From Antedon mediterranea (lineage: Eukaryota; Animalia; Echinodermata): a stretch of DNA of 64,000 bases. Shown piece after piece: positions 61,767 through 64,000 of the stretch. Position 1 is the first letter of the stretch. Each line of letters opens with the position of its first letter. The notes under the pieces are model-generated. The model did not search any database. It was not told where the DNA came from and saw nothing but the letters and a program-made list of their open reading frames with translations. The stretch spans positions 3,467,812-3,531,811 of the forward strand of contig NC_092675.1 in NCBI RefSeq assembly GCF_964355755.1, read 5' to 3'. The position numbers and the translations under genes were made by a program.

Positions 61767-64000
61767 AATAAACCCACCTGCATTGTTTTTAATACCTCTG
61801 TGTGTATGCCATCTGTAATAAACCCACCTGCATTGTTTTTAATACCTCTGTGTGTATGCCATCTGTAATAAACCCACCTGCATTGTTTTTAATACCTCTG
61901 TGTGTATGCCATCTGTAATAAACCCACCTGCATTGTTTTTAATACCTCTGTGTGTATGCCATCTGTAATAAACCCACCTGCATTGTTTTTAATACCTCTG
62001 TGTGTATGCCATCTGTAATAAACCCACCTGCATTGTTTTTAATACCTCTGTGTGTATGCCATCTGTAATAAACCCACCTGCATTGTTTTTAATACCTCTG
62101 TGTGTATGCCATCTGTAATAAACCCACCTGCATTGTTTTTAATACCTCTGTGTGTATGCCATCTGTAATAAACCCACCTGCATTGTTTTTAATACCTCTG
62201 TGTGTATGCCATCTGTAATAAACCCACCTGCATTGTTTTTAATACCTCTGTGTGTATGCCATCTGTAATAAACCCACCTGCATTGTTTTTAATACCTCTG
62301 TGTGTATGCCATCTGTAATAAACCCACCTGCATTGTTTTTAATACCTCTGTGTGTATGCCATCTGTAATAAACCCACCTGCATTGTTTTTAATACCTCTG
62401 TGTGTATGCCATCTGTAATAAACCCACCTGCATTGTTTTTAATACCTCTGTGTGTATGCCATCTGTAATAAACCCACCTGCATTGTTTTTAATACCTCTG
62501 TGTGTATGCCATCTGTAATAAACCCACCTGCATTGTTTTTAATACCTCTGTGTGTATGCCATCTGTAATAAACCCACCTGCATTGTTTTTAATACCTCTG
62601 TGTGTATGCCATCTGTAATAAACCCACCTGCATTGTTTTTAATACCTCTGTGTGTATGCCATCTGTAATAAACCCACCTGCATTGTTTTTAATACCTCTG
62701 TGTGTATGCCATCTGTAATAAACCCACCTGCATTGTTTTTAATACCTCTGTGTGTATGCCATCTGTAATAAACCCACCTGCATTGTTTTTAATACCTCTG
62801 TGTGTATGCCATCTGTAATAAACCCACCTGCATTGTTTTTAATACCTCTGTGTGTATGCCATCTGTAATAAACCCACCTGCATTGTTTTTAATACCTCTG
62901 TGTGTATGCCATCTGTAATAAACCCACCTGCATTGTTTTTAATACCTATGTGTGTATGCCATCTGTAATAAACCCACCTGCATTGTTTTTAATACCTCTG
63001 TGTGTATGCCATCTGTAATAAACCAACCTGCATTGTTTTTAATACCTCTGTGTGTATGCCATCTGTAATAAACCCACCTGCATTGTTTTTAATACCTCTG
63101 TGTGTATGCCATCTGTAATAAACCCACCTGCATTGTTTTTAATACCTCTGTGTGTATGCCATCTGTAATAAACCCACCTGCATTGTTTTTAATACCTCTG
63201 TGTGTATGCCATCTGTAATAAACCCACCTGCATTGTTTTTAATACCTCTGTGTGTATGCCATCTGTAATAAACCCACCTGCATTGTTTTTAATACCTCTG
63301 TGTGTATGCCATCTGTAATAAACCCACCTGCATTGTTTTTAATACCTCTGTGTGTATGCCATCTGTAATAAACCCACCTGCATTGTTTTTAATACCTCTG
63401 TGTGTATGCCATCTGTAATAAACCCACCTGCATTGTTTTTAATACCTCTGTGTGTATGCCATCTGTAATAAACCCACCTGCATTGTTTTTAATACCTCTG
63501 TGTGTATGCCATCTGTAATAAACCCACCTGCATTGTTTTTAATACCTCTGTGTGTATGCCATCTGTAATAAACCCACCTGCATTGTTTTTAATACCTCTG
63601 TGTGTATGCCATCTGTAATAAACCCACCTGCATTGTTTTTAATACCTCTGTGTGTATGCCATCTGTAATAAACCCACCTGCATTGTTTTTAATACCTCTG
63701 TGTGTATGCCATCTGTAATAAACCCACCTGCATTGTTTTTAATACCTCTGTGTGTATGCCATCTGTAATAAACCCACCTGCATTGTTTTTAATACCTCTG
63801 TGTGTATGCCATCTGTAATAAACCCACCTGCATTGTTTTTAATACCTCTGTGTGTATGCCATCTGTAATAAACCCACCTGCATTGTTTTTAATACCTCTG
63901 TGTGTATGCCATCTGTAATAAACCCACCTGCATTGTTTTTAATACCTCTGTGTGTATGCCATCTGTAATAAACCCACCTGCATTGTTTTTAATACCTCTG
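61767..64000 (+). repeat. 50-bp tandem array, about 44-45 near-identical copies, continuing past the window end
   Basis: Unit aataaacccacctgcattgtttttaatacctctgtgtgtatgccatctgt. I saw only two variant bases (~62948, ~63025). Confidence 0.98.

Noticed and set aside
61767-64000. Possible CRISPR-like array
   Set aside because: Units are contiguous and identical with no unique spacers, the context is eukaryotic, and there are no cas genes. The same applies to 53130-53617 and 29888-30410.

Overview
AT-rich, intron-containing eukaryotic DNA from an invertebrate animal; an echinoderm-like deuterostome is my guess and cannot be proven from this window. By joining GT-AG exons by hand I reconstructed eight spliced genes. 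In order: a zinc-dependent MDR alcohol dehydrogenase (-), a secreted protein with two C-type lectin domains and a short Cys-rich tail (+), three nicotinic acetylcholine receptor alpha-type subunits (+,-,+), an aldo-keto reductase (-) head-to-head with SKA1 (+), and a B-box/coiled-coil/multi-Tudor protein (+) that runs off the window inside a 50-bp tandem array. Introns and intergenic DNA carry many non-autonomous DNA transposons (Harbinger-, Kolobok-, hAT- and mariner-like), tRNA-derived repeats and LINE fragments. Most notable: (1) the Tudor protein has a Trp-containing repeat tract followed by a PAM2-like motif; (2) related palindromic MITEs sit immediately after the stop codon of all three nAChR genes; (3) all three receptors have Tyr198->Phe in loop C, and two have unusual pore residues; (4) a repeat carries a near-perfect tRNA-Asp(ATC) cloverleaf; (5) the intronic satellite has a poly(A) signal in every unit. 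Exon boundaries were read by eye and may be off by a few bases. Family assignments come from remembered motifs, not database searches.
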